Source: an uncultured Campylobacter sp.
GTDB lineage: Bacteria; Campylobacterota; Campylobacteria; Campylobacterales; Campylobacteraceae
DNA: 64,000 nt
NCBI GenBank assembly: GCA_963515555.1
Contig: CAUPXB010000005.1
Span: forward strand, 29,032 to 93,031
Direction of reading: 5' to 3'
The notes beneath the pieces are model-generated. The model saw only the letters and a program-made list of their open reading frames with translations, ran no database searches and had not been told where the DNA came from. Shown piece after piece: positions 62,277 through 64,000 of the stretch. A program made the translations under genes and the position numbers. Positions within the stretch are counted from its first letter, which is position 1. The number at the start of each line of letters is the position of its first letter.

Positions 62277-62579
62277 ATGAAAATCTATCACATTGCAACC
62301 ACCGTTTTGGCGCTAAATTTATCTCTGCTTGCGGCTGACGGCGCAGCTATTTACAAAAAATGCTCAGCCTGTCACGGCGAAAAAGCGGACGCAAAATACG
62401 CAAACAAAGTGCCTGCGCTAACTAGCATCAGCAAAGAAGACCGCATAAAAGCGCTACAAAGCTACAAAGACGGCTCGAACAACGCCTTTGGCATGGGCAA
62501 GGTCATGCAACTGCACGCCAAAAATCTAAGCGACGAGGATATGGCGGCGGTTAGCGAGTATATCGATAGCTTGAAATAA
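62277..62579 (+). CDS. Periplasmic monoheme cytochrome c553 paralog
   Basis: Signal peptide and CSACH motif; clearly homologous to the upstream gene (ADGA..YKKC.ACHG.KA...Y.NKVPAL). Confidence 0.92.
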   Translation: MKIYHIATTVLALNLSLLAADGAAIYKKCSACHGEKADAKYANKVPALTSISKEDRIKALQSYKDGSNNAFGMGKVMQLHAKNLSDEDMAAVSEYIDSLK

Positions 62580-62800
62580 TACCTGCGATTTTAACATAAA
62601 AAATATCGGCGGTCGACGAGATGAACTACGAAGCGACCGCGTCAATCTTGCACATAGACTTTACTCGTTCGCAATGCCTAAATCATACTTTGAGCGCGGC
62701 GATTTCGAGCAAAATTATTATATACGCCAGCGCCGACTCGCTAAAAACCGGGCTGGCGGCTTCACTTAAAATCACGAGCTTATAACTGCAGGCGGCAAAA

Positions 62801-63349
62801 CTAAATTTGATACTCGTTAGGACTTAGCTCTCCTCGTAAAAGCTTACCGAAGCGCGCGGCTGCGGCATCTACGGCATCGTCGCCAAACTCGCCCGGCTCA
62901 AATCCGCTGTTGACAAACGGCACGGCAAAGTCCATCCCACAGTAGTTTGCCGCGATCTTAAGCGGCGTTAAAATCTCATCCAAGCTAAAGCCGATCGCGC
63001 CTTGTTTAGAGTATTCGCTAAGCGGCGTACTGACGCTTAGCGCAAGCTGCAAGGCCTTGCCTTTAAGCGCGCCGGAACCCACCAGCTCGTGCGAAAAGAC
63101 GATATCGATATAGGCTTTTAGCATAGGCGGCACGTTTAGCCAGTGCATCGGGTACAAAAATACGATGCGCTCGGCAGCCGCTAACGCGTCTTGCTCTGAG
63201 CTGGCGTCTATACGGGCGATATCTAAGCCGTAAAGCCCCTCCAAATGGCGCACTTCGACGTCCGCAGCAGCCTTTGCTACCTGTGACAAGGCTTTGTTTA
63301 CGCGCGATGCGGCGAGATTTGGGTGCGATAAGATAACTAGCGTTTTCAT
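62801..63349 (-). CDS. Flavodoxin-fold NAD(P)H-dependent oxidoreductase (KefF/KefG/MdaB family)
   Basis: LVILSHP, SRVN, YPMHWLNVPPMLKAYID and LKGK motifs. Confidence 0.88.
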   Translation of the reverse strand: MKTLVILSHPNLAASRVNKALSQVAKAAADVEVRHLEGLYGLDIARIDASSEQDALAAAERIVFLYPMHWLNVPPMLKAYIDIVFSHELVGSGALKGKALQLALSVSTPLSEYSKQGAIGFSLDEILTPLKIAANYCGMDFAVPFVNSGFEPGEFGDDAVDAAAARFGKLLRGELSPNEYQI

Positions 63350-63968
63350 GTTGTTTCCTTTGTTAAAATTTGCGGAATCATATCGCTAAAAAGCTAAAAG
63401 TAGATTAAAAATGCTTGCCAGAGCGAAGCTTTTACAAGCAAGAAAGCAAAAAATTATTAGGACTAAGCCACGCCCGCTCGGCGATTGCAGCGATTAAATT
63501 TAAAACGGCTCCAAGCCGCCTAAACTCCAAGCAGGCGGCATACCCGGCTGGTGCGTCAAGCGACGATCTTGATGTGATTGCGTGGCATTGCTAGACTGAG
63601 TAAATTTGGCCGACGAGAGTCTAAATTTACTGGCGACCCACTTGCTAGCAAAAGGCAACCGATTTTTACTCTGCCAGATTACACTTGCGCGCTTTTGCTA
63701 TTTTGCACGGTAAATTTGCCGTCCAAGACGCCAAAATCCAATGCTCAAATTTTTGCCCGTCATTATGCCGTAGTTAGTCGAAATTTAACGACGAATTTAA
63801 CCGCAACGGATTAAATTTACGGTCCGATTTTGACTCCAAAATCCTCGCCATTAAATTTAAAACGCAAATGTCACCCACACTCAAAATCAAATTTCGCGGC
63901 AAATTTTACGACCCAAAATAACCAAATTTTGGCGGCAAAGACGAGTCAAATAAGTGCGTAAATTCACC

Positions 63969-64000
63969 TCAATCAGGCGGCTTATATCCCTTTTCTTTGC
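63969..64000 (-). CDS. Possible 3' end of a gene entering from the right (...KEKGYKPPD*), possibly CcoS-like
   Basis: Only about 10 codons are visible. The guess rests on the C. jejuni synteny of gmhB, cytochrome c553 and ccoS. Confidence 0.3.
   Translation of the reverse strand, partial: KEKGYKPPD

Noticed and set aside
63578..63814. 78-aa ORF on the plus strand
   Set aside because: TTG start without an RBS, no recognisable motif, and located in repeat-rich non-coding DNA.

Overview
This window is from a Campylobacter chromosome. Gene order, codon usage and an ecotin gene inside the pgl locus point to the oral C. showae/C. rectus group (inference). From left to right it contains: (1) the 3' part of an AT-rich two-gene island (UPF1/DNA2-like helicase plus PLD nuclease) that resembles a Mokosh type I anti-phage system; (2) core genes (DMT transporter, der, aroK, trpS, serS, pflB); (3) a long minus-strand block with leuA, pssA, a psd-like gene, ftsH, prmA, cheY, hisAH and a variant N-glycosylation (pgl) locus carrying a Wzx-type flippase, sugar dehydrogenases, ecotin and a secreted DNA ligase; (4) an LPS core locus with six GT9 genes, WabG/WabN-like enzymes, a WaaL-like ligase, a small AT-rich insert, a pseudogene and a umuC-yolD cassette; (5) the ADP-heptose genes, tandem cytochromes c553 and a flavodoxin-fold reductase. 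The most notable signals missing from the ORF track are an 18-aa leader peptide with five consecutive Leu codons between pssA and leuA, followed by a G-free C-rich spacer (candidate intra-operonic leucine attenuator); a duplicated pglA start that forms a uORF with an anti-SD hairpin; and dense RAATTY clusters in spacers and in in-frame insertions of LPS enzymes. All calls come from reading motifs and synteny; no searches were run.
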